NCBI RefSeq assembly: GCF_006345805.1
Contig: NC_042999.1
Span: forward strand, 43,028,001 to 43,092,000
From: Octopus sinensis
Taxonomy: Eukaryota
Direction of reading: 5' to 3'
Length of the DNA: 64,000 bases
The stretch's first letter is position 1. Every line of letters begins with the position of its first letter. Under the pieces are notes generated by a model. The model was not told where the DNA came from. It saw only the letters and a list, made by a program, of their open reading frames with translations, and did not search any database. Shown piece by piece: positions 30,189 to 42,193 of this stretch. The position numbers were made by a program, and so were the translations under genes.

Positions 30189-30271
30189 CTACAAGAATAA
30201 CAAGAAATTAGAAATTACTTCAGAAAGAAACCAAAGACTTATTAAATAAATAAATAAATAAATAATAAATA

Positions 30272-30321
<50 letters not shown>

Positions 30322-30483
30322 GAGAGGAAAAAAAAAATGATAAAGTAACAGATTTCTCGCTTTTAAATCATGAATTTCAATTTTGTTAAAAAAGTTCCGA
30401 TCTAAGTCACGTTTTCTACTTCCTTCCACTTGAACAGAAATTAGGCATCAACATGTTGTAATAATGGTTCAACCATCCTTTAA

Positions 30484-30694
30484 CCCTTTTGTTATTGTAT
30501 TTATTTTGAGATGTTCTGCGTTTCTTTCAATTACTTTAAATATAACAAAGAATTTAGTAAAATAACTTAGTTATCATTCAGCTTATATCAGGAACATAAA
30601 ATGTGACTAAGGTTTGGTTGAAGATTTTAATTGAAACCTTAAGAAAACAAGACATTTGTACAACAGAGCCTGAGCCGGGTTGGTAACAAAAGGG
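30484..30694. mobile_element. piggyBac-type MITE with intact TTAA target duplication
   Basis: TTAA (30480-83), CCCTTTTGTTA ... TAACAAAAGGG, TTAA (30695-98). Confidence 0.85.
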
Positions 30695-31077
30695 TTAAAC
30701 AAGGAAAAATATATATATATCAAAGGTAAATAATAGCCATGACTTCAAAATGGTTTAAGACATATGGCTGAGGGAAGAAGGATTTTATTGAAGTTCTCAC
30801 ACAATTTCTTTCCTGTTGATGCTCACCCACCTCAATGTTAATGTAAGTAAATGAGCTTCCTTTGGTTTCAACGACTAGTATTCCAGTTGTTTGAGCAAAT
30901 GAGCTGCAAACAAATTAACAATAATAGCGGTAATTGCTTCAAATTTTGGCACAAGGCCAGCAACTTTAGTGGGGAAGGTTGTTAGTCAATACAATCAACC
31001 CCAGTATTTAACTGATTACATTATTTTATCGATCTCGAAGGGATGAGAGACATAGTTGCACTTGGTGAAATTTGTTT

Positions 31078-31510
31078 ACTACTAGACTACCACTGACCCA
31101 TTGGGTTACCAACAATTCAAGGTACCCGAAAAAAATGCACATCTCAGGAACCCATAGTCTAATTTACATGACACTTGTTTTATTCCATTTGTATTCACAT
31201 TACAATGGTACCTTACTTTCAGAGTATCTTCCCAATATGTGCTGGTTTAGTGATTTCTAAAGGCGTTCACAGTAAAGAGTAATAACTCCAGATTTCACTG
31301 CTTAAATTTGTGGAAACAAACCCCAAAAAAACCACATATCTCGAGAATCTGTGGTCCAATTTACACAAATCTTGTTTTATTCTGCCTGTATTCATATTTC
31401 AGAGCTACCTTACTTAGAGAGTACTTTTCCATTATGCACCAGTTTGACAATATTAAATTACAGACAAGTACGCACGCAAGCAATCACAGAGTTTTAGTAG
31501 TATATAGATT
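31078..31510 (+). mobile_element. Non-autonomous Helitron-like element
   Basis: Starts tactagac...tgacccattgggttacc (hairpin), has an internal ~190-bp-period duplication, and ends ttttagtagtatatagat. Related to 36896-37740. Confidence 0.5.
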
Positions 31511-31714
31511 AAGAGCATCAGGCAGAGAGTATTACAATATCTAGTTATATTGTTTAAAAGGCTGGGTTTGAATCCCTTTAAGAGTTCATAAAATAAGTGC
31601 TAGTTAACTATATTATCAACAGTGTATGCCCACTACCAAAATTCAGGTACTAACATTAGGATTCTACAGCATATAAATTCTGAGTTCAAATCCCACTAAG
31701 ACTGACTTGACCCT

Positions 31715-32092
31715 CTTTTACTCTTTTACTTGTTTCAGTCATTTGACTGTCGTCATGCTGGAGCACCGCCTTTAGTCGAGCAAATCGACCCCGGGAATTA
31801 TTCTTTGTAAGCCTAGTACTTATGCTATCAGTCTCTTTTGCTGAATGGCTTAAGTGGTGGGGAAATAAACACACCAGCATCGGCTGTCAAGCAATGCTAG
31901 GGGGACAAACACAGACACACACACATATATATATGATGGGCTTCTTTCAGTTTCCGTCTACCAAATCCACTCACAAGGCTTTGGTCAACTCAAGGCTATA
32001 GTAGAAGACACTTGACCAAGATGCCATGCAGTGGGACTGAACCCGGAACCATGTAGTTGGTAAGCAAGCTACTTACTACACAGCCAATCCTG
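31715..32092 (-). mobile_element. CORE-like tRNA SINE, full length
   Basis: Matches the other full copies along its length. Confidence 0.85.
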
Positions 32093-32664
32093 ACCATGTA
32101 TTTTTTATATATAGATAACGATAAAGCAACAGTCAAGTAAAGAGGTCCACATAATCAAATGCAACTAAATTTCTGGCCTTGTAACTATTTTAAAAATTAG
32201 CCTTATTATAGGAGATTATTATTTAAACAAAGGTTCTCAGCCCATTTTGGCCAAAATCCCCCTTTTGACCCTTGGAGTCACAAATACCCCCACCCACCCT
32301 AGAAAATAGTTTTATTTACTCAATATACTACTTATTTTGATATCAGCAGATAATGATTAAAAAATACAGGATGTCGTTTCACATATGCCCTTGTACGCAG
32401 TCGAGAGTACAGATGTGCAAATTGAAATACAAAAAAAAAAACGGAATAATGAATTGAAAATTTGGTAATTGCGTTTATTTCCATCATGTGACACTTATGA
32501 GATCAAGATGTTGTCTATAGAAAGAGTGCTCTTTGGTACAAGAGAGCCCCTTTGCTCCAAAACGCTTCCCTTGAGTTCCATATGGCCCCTCTTGAAAACC
32601 TTTGATTTAAAACAACTCTTCATAATTTCCAGAGTGCTCTTTCGCAGCTCGTGAAGGTTGATGG

Positions 32665-33240
32665 TTGGAATGTGAGAAGTTAGGGTGAGGGTCAGGATAG
32701 GTGGTTGGGGTGTAATGGTGGAGGATTGAGATGTGAGCAGATGGTTGGGGTGTGATGGATATGACTTGGGTGTGAGGGATATGGCTGATGTGTGAGGGAT
32801 ATGACTGATGTGTGAGAGGGATGGCTGGGGTGTGAGGAAGATGGCTGGGGTGCAAGGAGGATGGCTGGGGTGTGAGGGGAATGGCTGGGGTGAGGGTTGA
32901 TGGTTGGGGTGTGATGGATATGGCTGGAATGTGAGGGGAAACGGCTGGAATGTGAGGGGAAACGGCTGGAATGTGAGGGGAACGGCTGGGGTATGAAGGG
33001 GGATGTATGGGGTGAGAGGGATGGCTGAAGGTGAGGGTTGATAGTTGGAGTGTGAAGTTAGGGTGAGGTTCAGGATAGATGGTTGGGGTGTGATGGTGGA
33101 GGATGGGATGGTTGGAATATGAATATGGATGGTTGGAGTGGTGAGTGTAGGTGATTGGGTTGGTGAGTGCAGGTGGCCAAGGCAGAGAGGGTGGAAGGAA
33201 AGGACAGAGAGGGCGGGACAAGGTAGAGAGTAATGATGAC
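32665..33240 (+). repeat. G/T-rich degenerate minisatellite
   Basis: Units such as atggctggggtgtgagg, a 21-nt unit x3, and a ~60-nt direct repeat at ~32665 and ~33045. Confidence 0.8.
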
Positions 33241-33550
33241 TGGAGGGAAGAGGATTTTTTATATATATACATATATATTTACATGCTCTTATTTATAGTT
33301 TTTATATGTACCTCATGGTCCAATTTAAAAAAAAAAAAAGAATTGTTCCATGTTCTCTCTAAAGTTTACACATTTTTGTGACATCAGCAACATACAATTC
33401 TCGCTGGTAGGAAAAAAGTTTCTGAAATGAATTGCTTTGGTCCAATGATAAAATGCCTCCAATGTCTACAGGAAATGTAGGTTCAAGTCACACAAGCAAC
33501 CTCTGCTTTTTTCAACCAAAAAGGGCTTTTCAATTCAATGCTGTTATTTA

Positions 33551-34127
33551 CAGTAATCCCTTGACTATCGCAGGTGTTACATTCCAAATCCCCCCCCGCA
33601 ACAGGTGAAAATCTGCGAAGTAGAAACAGTACTGTGCTGCATATATCTTTATAATTTGTATATATTTATGGAGATGTACTTGCATAGCAAGTGATTTGAT
33701 CCGAGATCATGTGCTGAAACGAAAACAATTGCAGCGTGGAAGGTGTTCATAAGCCATTTAAGAAACACACAAAAGCTGTTCGATTCACTTCAACATTTAA
33801 GTTTAATTTGTCAACATATTTTCGTTGCTTTAAGATCACGACCTGTTCACTGACAAAAATCTGTGCTGCATCTGAGAAAGTAACAGTTAGTTCGTTATAT
33901 ATATGTACGTATGTATGCATGCATGCATGCACACATTATAAACTTAAAGCTATAAACCTGTAGTGATGGATAGGTGTAGACTGACCACTCATTACAACAA
34001 TATCAAATTTCAACCCCCCCCCCCCCCGCCGAAACTAAGAAGTGATTTACGACCCTTACCCCCACGACAAAACTCTAAAACCTATCTTTTTTCTCCCCCC
34101 TCCCCCTTACATTTAGTTAGTTCAAGT

Positions 34128-34158
<31 letters not shown>

Positions 34159-34659
34159 GTATGTATGTGCGTATGTATGTGTGTATGCACGTACGTACGC
34201 ATCTGCATATGTATGTATATGCGCATGTATATATGTGTGTGTACATGTACGTGTGTATGCCCATACGCATGTATGTATGTATGTTTGTACTTATTTTATT
34301 ATAAATGCAAAACAACACCACATGCTCAGCTCCCGAGTTTTGCTTTCCATACAGTACGTGCAGTTCTTTGTTTACTCATCTACAGTACACTACATATTGT
34401 CTTTTGGTATATTTTAATTATACAGTATTTATTCATACAGTGTTTATACAGTACTGTACTTTTATTTATTAATTTATGAATTTTTAGGCATGAAAATGCC
34501 ACAGAAATAATTAAAATCTAAAAAATAAATAACCATCAACTGCAGAAACCCACGATACACGGAGGAATCTGTGATATACATTGACATTATATAAGCCAGA
34601 AAAATCCGCAATGTACTGAAGGCACGATAGTTGAACCGTGTTATGGCAAGTGATTACTG
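33551..34659. mobile_element. Tigger/pogo-like non-autonomous DNA transposon with nested insertions
   Basis: TA|CAGTAATCCCTTG ... CAAGTGATTACTG|TA termini; subterminal gaaaatc(t/c)gc motifs at both ends. Confidence 0.75.
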
Positions 34660-35239
34660 TATAGCTTTATATGTACTTCAAGATCCAATCCCAAAATGGT
34701 TTTAAAACAAGAACTCCATATCCCTATACATTATCAGAGATGACAAGAAGCTTTGCTAAGAGGGAAGGTATTCTACCATAGAACACTTAAGAAAACCCAT
34801 CCAACCCAGACCACCATGGAAAAGTGAATGCAAAACAGTAATATGTTTGTGTATACATGCATGTATTTATTTATTATTTTATTTTATTTTATCTAGTTTC
34901 AGCTCACGAACTGTGGCCATGCTGGGGCACCGCCATTATGTATGTAGAGGAAAACAGAAAGAGGTGTTAGTGAGGATTACAAATCCGCAATTAAAAAACT
35001 CAACAAGCAACAACATAGCAAGTACAAACTAAGTGTATGTGTGAGTGTGTATAGATGTGTGTATACATATATGTGTATGCGTGTGTGTATAGATGTGTGT
35101 GTGTGTGAATGTTAGTTCTTGCTAAGTTGTGGTACCTGCTGAAATGGTATTTGTTGAGTTTTTACTTGCTGGGTTGCAGTGTTCTCATTAGCAAGTTGGT
35201 ACAGAAACAATTCCTGTTATATAAATTACTAAGGGAAGG

Positions 35240-35282
<43 letters not shown>

Positions 35283-36354
35283 GTAGGCCCTCTCAGACTG
35301 TTGTGATGATATGCAGCCCAAAACATTTTTGTAAGAAAACCTTCAGCAAGGAAAGAACTGGGAATGTGATGGTGTCTGGTAAACTCCACTAAAGGCACCC
35401 AAAGATCTGGTGGTGGTGGTGGGGGGGGGGGGGGGGCAGTGGTAGCAGGAATTATGTCTTTAAATCTTTTACATTATTTGATGTATACTGCTTTCAAATA
35501 AAAATATCTTTCATCACATGGAAAAGGAGGAAGAGGAAGGAGAGGAGGAGGGTCAGTAAAATTACTATAGTGGGTGCAATGGGACCGATTTTTATGAATC
35601 ATATCCTCTCACTGATATAAAAATAAACTTTGTGTCTAGTTAAAAAAAAAAAAATCAACATCGGATTATATATATATATATCTATATTAGAAAAATAAAA
35701 TTCAAAGACTGAATTTCTGAACACCATTAATTCATTTTCTAATCAATAGTATCATTTGCGACTCAAATTCAACCCCAGATAATATAATTGTTGAGGAATA
35801 TTGATTCCACTATTTGCTCTTCGCATCTGAGTGGTTCACAAAATCTATAACCATGAAAATTTCACCAGCATAAAGAATGCCCGTGCAGATCGCTTGACTT
35901 GGTGGAACCATTCCTCACCCCCCCACCCACCCACCCCCTGCCATTTCCAGACTATTGACTACAGATGTTGTCAGCATGTCTTGTCTTTAATAGTTTCTGT
36001 TATAGATTTTATTACAAGCTTTCAGTTATCATGACCTTGTGTGGTTTATTACTAAAGGACCAAGAGAACACATGTTGTGAATAAAATATGTATGGGTAGC
36101 GAATCAGCAAATTCATTAAGTGCTGGATGGATTGCTTTGCAAGTATTAGTTCCGGCTCTCTACACCCTAAGTCCAAAATCCTGCCAAGGTCAACTATGCT
36201 TTTTATCATTTAGGAATCAATAATTAAAACACCAATCTAGAGAGAGACAGATGGAGAGCATGAGATGGGGGGGGGTTCCACTGAATAAAAACTGTCATTA
36301 ACTGAGCATAAAGACTCATTACATAATTTTTATATTCATATATATATATATATC

Positions 36355-36716
36355 ATTATCATCATCATCGTTTAACGTCCGCTTTCCATGCTAGCATGTG
36401 TTGGACAGTTCAACTGGGGTCTGGGAAGCCCGAAGGCTGCACCAGGCCAGTCAGATCTGGCAGTGTTTCTACAGCTGGATGCCCTTCCTAACGCCAACCA
36501 CTCCGTGGGTGTAGTGGGTGCTTTTTACGTGCCACCGACACAGGTGCCAGACGAGGCTGGCGAATGGCCATGCTCGGATGGTGCTTTTTACATGCCACCG
36601 GCACGGAGGCCAGGTGAGGCTGGCAACGGCCACATTTGGATGGTTCTCTTACATGCCACCGGCACTCGGTGCTGGCTACGGCCACATTCGGATGGTTCTC
36701 TTACGTGCCACCAGCG
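36355..36716 (-). mobile_element. RTE 3' UTR fragment with internal tandem units
   Basis: (CAT)n tail next to (AT)n; four gtgc/gttc..tt(t)ac(a/g)tgccacc units. Confidence 0.85.
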
Positions 36717-36895
36717 TATACAAAATATTGACAGTGACTTCAAAGTTTCACAAAAACAGATTTCTCAATCATTTACAAAATCAATAAATGAAATGCCAGT
36801 CCAGGGACAGAAAGATAGATGTTTTTCATTGGATAAAAACAACAACCATTAACTAAGCATAAGAACTCATTACATAATTAATACATATATATATA

Positions 36896-37740
36896 TACTA
36901 GGCTAGATTACCCATGACCCATTGGGTCACCAGAAAAGTCTGAGTTTCCCGCCAAAGGAGTTTTGTTTTGTGGGGGTTTTTTTTTCTTTTCCAAGTTATT
37001 TCACATGCTTTCAATGTGACAATGTGACACAAAATCACGCATAAATGGCTCCTTTCACCAGAAAAGGAAAGATTTGGCTGCTATTTCTTACACACCCTGC
37101 TACCACATAACAGGTATTTCAGGTCCTTTATCACAAGTAGCTGTTACATAGTAGCAGGACATGATAAAAATCGCAACCAAATCTTTGGAGGTGAGACAGG
37201 TTGAATGCACTCGGAAAAGGTCTTTTATGAAATATTTACCATATTTTTAAAGTCATTTTCACTTTCAAATAATTTAAAATATTGTCTGTTTAAAGAAAGC
37301 TAAAATATAAATATTTACTGTACAAACAACTTACATTTCTGAAATCACATTGACTTAAAAATATTTCTAAATGATTAAATATTGTTTTTAACGAAAGTGA
37401 AAATAGAAACATTTACAGTAAAAAAAAAAATTGTATTTTTTCTTTGCCAAGTCACTGTGCCTAATCAAAAGGTAAGAGGTTCTTCACTTTCAGGATTAAG
37501 TTATTTTCAAAATATTTTCCCATTATGCACCATTTTGGATATTTATACCCCAAAAATCCCTAATATCTCCATAACCATTTGTCCGATTTATGCAAAATTT
37601 GCTTTATTCTGTTCATATTAACATTTAACATTTCAAGGGCAACTTAATTCATAGTATTTCTCCCATTATACGCCAGTTTGGCTGGGTAACATTACAAGCA
37701 AGCAAGATGCAGACTGATTTTTAATGTATTATATATAGTA
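36896..37740 (+). mobile_element. Second Helitron-like copy with an internal insertion
   Basis: Starts tactaggctagattacccatgacccattgggtcacc; 37540-37690 aligns to 31315-31445. Confidence 0.45.
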
Positions 37741-37741
37741 C

Positions 37742-37893
37742 TCATTCTGTCAGTCCCTTTTGCTGAACTGCTAAGTTATGGGGGATGTGAACACACCAAC
37801 ACCAGTTCTCAAGCAGTGATGAGGGGCCAAACACAGACACACACAAACATATATATATATATATGTCCTCTTTAACAATTATATATATATATC

Positions 37894-37933
<40 letters not shown>

Positions 37934-38125
37934 ATATATATATATATACACATACACATACACACAACAGGCTTCTTTCCATTTCTGTCAACCATATCCA
38001 CCCATTAGGCTTAGGTCAACCTGAGGCTATAGTAGAAGACACTTGTCCAAAGTGTCATGCAGTAGGATTGAACCAGGAACCATGTGATTGGGAAGCAAGC
38101 TTCGTGCAACACAGCCACACCTGCA
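37742..38125 (-). mobile_element. CORE-like tRNA SINE
   Basis: Family match; expanded internal (AT)/(GT) microsatellite. Confidence 0.8.
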
Positions 38126-38552
38126 CCTATTAATTGATAAAAAAAAAAGTCTAGCTAAACAGTGATTTATGTGAAGTTGGAGAATGAAATACTGGCCTCA
38201 AAAACGAGAGACAGCATCAGGAAAAGTATCCGTCTGTAAAATACAGCAATAACAAACACCATTCCACCCATGCCAGCATGGTTAAAGAATGAGCATAAAA
38301 ACATAAAAGCAATGATGATGAATGATCAGTTACTTATATACATAAATCTGGTCTTTGTTCAAAGGGTTGTTTTTTTTTTTTTTTTATTGGTCTTTGAAGT
38401 ACTTACGTTTATTGAGTCCTTTCATAGACATCAAGGTATATGCCACATCATGGATGTCAGAATCTGTAAAACACAATGAAAGTAAAACGATAGTGATAAT
38501 ATTAACCAAACAACTACAAATTTACTTATACTATTACTACTACTACTAATAA

Positions 38553-39590
38553 TAATTCTTTCTACTATATGCACAAGGACTGAAATTTTTTTTTGGGGGG
38601 GGGAGAGAACCAGCTGATGACATCAACCTGTGTTTCACTGGTACTTAATTTATTGACCCCCAAAAGGATGAAAGGCAAAGTTGACCACGGCAGAATTTGA
38701 ACTCAGAACATGGCAATGGGTGAAATACCACTAAGCATTTTGTCCAGCATGCTAATGATTCTGCCAGCTCACTGCCTTAATAATAATAATAATAATAATA
38801 ATAAGCTGATGATATGTAATTGGGGAGCATCATAGCCATGTGTTGAGAGGAATTCTTTGGGGTTTGAATAATTCATATCTGGAAACATGGGTGGTTCTTT
38901 CAACATCCTTAAACAACCCTTATTCAGGGACCTTTTGAGCGGGAGGGGTTACTCCACCAGAAGAAAATTCTAACTGGGCCCCACCTGCAAGGTCATGTGC
39001 TGTTTATCTTGATATGAGATCACCATGTCGCGCACATATGGTTGTGATGCATGTGTCTAGTGTACCCTTATCAGATGGGTAGTCATGATGGGTATACTGG
39101 GCTTCGTATATTTTACCCCAGTGTCACTTTGATGGCTTGCACTGCTCTCTCACTCAATAATAATAATCCTTTCTACTATAAGCATAGAGCCTGGACTTTG
39201 TGGGGAAGCGGTCTATTGATTACATCAACCCATGTTTAACTGGTACTTAATTTATCAACCCCAAATGGATGAAAGGCAAAGTCGACACTAGCGGAATTTG
39301 AACTCAGAATGTAGCAGCAGACGAAATACCACTAAGCATTTCGCCCATTGACAATTTGGCCAGCTCACCGCCTTAATAATAATAATAATAATCTTTTCTA
39401 CTGTAGACACAAGGCCTGAAATTTGGAGGGAATGGGGTTAGTTGATTACATCAACCCCAGTGCTCAACTGGTGTTTGTTTTCATCAGTCCTGAAAGGATG
39501 AACAGCTGAGCTGACTTCAGCAGAATCTAAATAAGGAAGATGGACAAAATGCATTTTGTCTAGCATGCTGATAATTCTGCCAGCCGTTGT
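38553..39590 (-). mobile_element. Three Nin/Deu SINEs head-to-tail (38553, 39166, 39392), joined by (TAA)n
   Basis: The repeated SINE body is separated by aataataat tracts; a LINE-like 3' end lies between copies 1 and 2. Confidence 0.8.
38804..39165 (+). mobile_element. Probable non-LTR element 3' end inside (TAA)n (Dong/R4-like, tentative)
   Basis: Flanked by (AAT)n on both sides. The same sequence recurs inverted at ~60660-60900 and partly at 62155-62245, each ending in (AAT)n. Confidence 0.5.
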
Positions 39591-40127
39591 CTTCATATTG
39601 TTATTATTATTACTATTATTATTATTATTACTATCATTATTATTATTATTATTACTATTATTATTATTAAGTTGCAAAAATGGCAAGCGAGGATGGTACC
39701 ACTCTCAATGTAGACCTGCGAGTTGGAAGGAAGGAAGAAAGTACAGTGGGCTCTCATCCTTGGTACTAGGGGTGATTTTGGACGGATCCCCCAGAATTGC
39801 TGGCCTCATGCCAAACTTTGAAATCGTTATTAGTAGTAGTACTATCAATGATGTCAAATGATTTGACACTTCCCTCGGTCATTAAGCCATATTTCAAATG
39901 ACCAATGCTTTAAAATGACTTGTCTAATGAATCAATGCATGGAATACAATTAAAAGGATATGAGATTTTCATGTTATAACTACACCGTTATAAGGCTACA
40001 TGATAACAATTATAATAAACAATAAACTCAGAACTGAGTGTATGAGCATATGTGTGTCTATCAGTCCTTGTCTTGACATCATGTGACTGCTGTAAATGTT
40101 ATTCATTTCTAACATTCTGCAAAACCA

Positions 40128-40875
40128 TGTCTCTTTTACTTGTTTCAGTCATTTGACTGCGGTCATACTGGAGCACCACCATTACTCAAGCAAATCGACC
40201 CCGGGACTTATTCTTTGTAAGCCTAGTACTTATTCTATCGGTCTCTTTTGCCGAACCGCTAAGTTACAGGGATGTAAACACACCAGCATCGGTTGTCAAG
40301 CGATGCTAGGGGGACAAATACAGCCACACACACATATATATATATATATATACATACATATATACGATGAGCTTCTTTTAGTTTCTGTTTACCAAATCCA
40401 CTCACAAGGCTTTGAACGGCCTGAGGCCATAGTAGAAGACACTTGCCCAAGGTGCCACGCAGTGGGACTGAACCCAGAACTATGTGGTTGGTAAGCAAGC
40501 TACTTACCACACAGCCACTCCTGCTAGCATGGGTTACATGAATACTGAGAAAAAAGTTGTTGTGGCCAGATGCCCTTCCTGTTGCCAACCCTTATCAGTT
40601 TCCAAGCAGGATAATATTTTCCCTCATGACCAGATATGTTTTTTGCGGAATATTAGAAACGAACCATATTCATTTACAACAATCATGCAATATTAAGACA
40701 AACACATGCACACGCACACAACGGGCTTCTTTCAGTCTACCAAACTCAATCACATGGCTTTGGTTGGTCCAGGGCCATAATAAAAGAAGACACTTGCCCA
40801 AGGCGTCACACAGTGGGACTGAACCTGAAATCATATGGTTGGGAAGTAAACTTCTTAACCACACTACTATGCCAG
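40128..40875 (-). mobile_element. Full CORE-like SINE (40128-40522) followed by a variant SINE with the same head and a different tail (40525-40875)
   Basis: Shared gacacttgcccaagg...gggactgaacc head; the variant tail carries gatgcccttcctgttgccaac. Confidence 0.8.
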
Positions 40876-41436
40876 TACCAAGCAATCTGCATCACTCTGA
40901 TATTGCCTAATTATCGTTAAGAACACACACATTTATCGAATACTCAGCTTCTTGCATGCTAATTCAATGAGCATGTAGTTCATTTGATCAAACAGCTGAA
41001 TACACATCAGTGAAACCGACAAAGATTCATTTACTTTATTACTGTCTTCATATTGAATTTCAGTAAACTTAAAGCATGATTTTGTCACTGCCTTTCTCTG
41101 TATCTGCAAAATGTCTTACATACAGTCAGAGAGATCAAGAACTAACTAAGAATATTTATAATGATATTTGTGCAGGCACAAACATTTTTAGATTGTTTAT
41201 TTGATTGAACAGTAGATTGATTTCAGTAATGAGATATCTAGTTTTCCTTTTGCTGTGTGTGCACGTACGAGCATATGTGTGTGTGTGTGTGTGTGTGGTG
41301 TGTGTGTGTGTGTGTGTGTGTTTTTAATTGCATTTTTCCTTTCTAAATATTAAATTTATAATTAACTTTTGTTCAGCCCTATATCAGCCCTGATTAAAAA
41401 GTATTCCTGCTTTGGTCAGCCTCTCTTTTTATGTAC

Positions 41437-41514
41437 CTATCTAGAACTTCAAGCCTGGGGTTGCACCAAGTGGTGGTATTCCACCACTATCAGAACCCAA
41501 ATCTTAGAAGCCAC
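41437..41514 (-). other. Candidate 78-nt stop-containing cassette or alternative terminal exon
   Basis: A ~40-nt pyrimidine tract ends ...ttcttccttttctcttcag, with a possible donor ag|gtacat. In frame after the 51-nt exon it reads G-G-F-stop. Confidence 0.3.
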
Positions 41515-42142
41515 CTGAAGAGAAAAGGAAGAAATCAAATGACAGGGAAGAAAGACTTAACAAAATCAACTTCATCCTCCACCAGTATTACCATGCAGTC
41601 AATGCCATCAATTCTACTATGTAAGAATTGGTCTACAGTCATCAATGCCATCACCATAAAGGAAGCATTCAGCAAAAAAGCTAAATTCTCAGATACAAGA
41701 TAAATCCAACAACGATGATAACTACACTATTCAATGCGTTCTCCTTGTTGTAAGAGAGTGTGGTAGATGTGATGTGAAGGAAGAATTGTTTGCTATTTTT
41801 ATCAGGTTATGAAACAACTTAGAGACACCCTCAATTTATTAGCTTAGTTGCAAATAAATCTCCAGTGATGCCTCTACTAGCTGACTACTAATGAGACTCA
41901 CTTTCATCATTTCATATTCACTAAAATTCAATCAAATCTACACATATGTTATTTACACAATTCTAGCACTACTTTCCTTTCATCATTCTTTATACATTAC
42001 TATTCAACTGTTTCTTAATTCGGTATCTTCACTCATGTATCGTATTGCTTTCAATTTAGTCAGCATCTGAAACTCTCTCATTCATTCACTCACTCACTCA
42101 CTCACTCACCCAGTTATAATAATGTATGATAGTTAGACTCAC

Positions 42143-42193
42143 CTGTATCACAGCCAGACTGAGCTAACCTTTTGCTTAAAAATGGGAAGAGAT
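42143..42193 (-). CDS. FoxN2/3: Internal 51-nt coding exon of FoxN2/3 (xLFPFLSKRLAQSGCDT)
   Basis: Acceptor ctttttgtttcttccag and donor gtgagt. Phase 1-1, open frame, and it joins the 76-nt exon in frame (g|aa = Glu). Confidence 0.65.

Noticed and set aside
32607-33272. 221-aa His/Pro/Ser ORF on the FoxN strand
   Set aside because: It is the C-rich strand of a minisatellite, with no convincing splice sites and no family motif.
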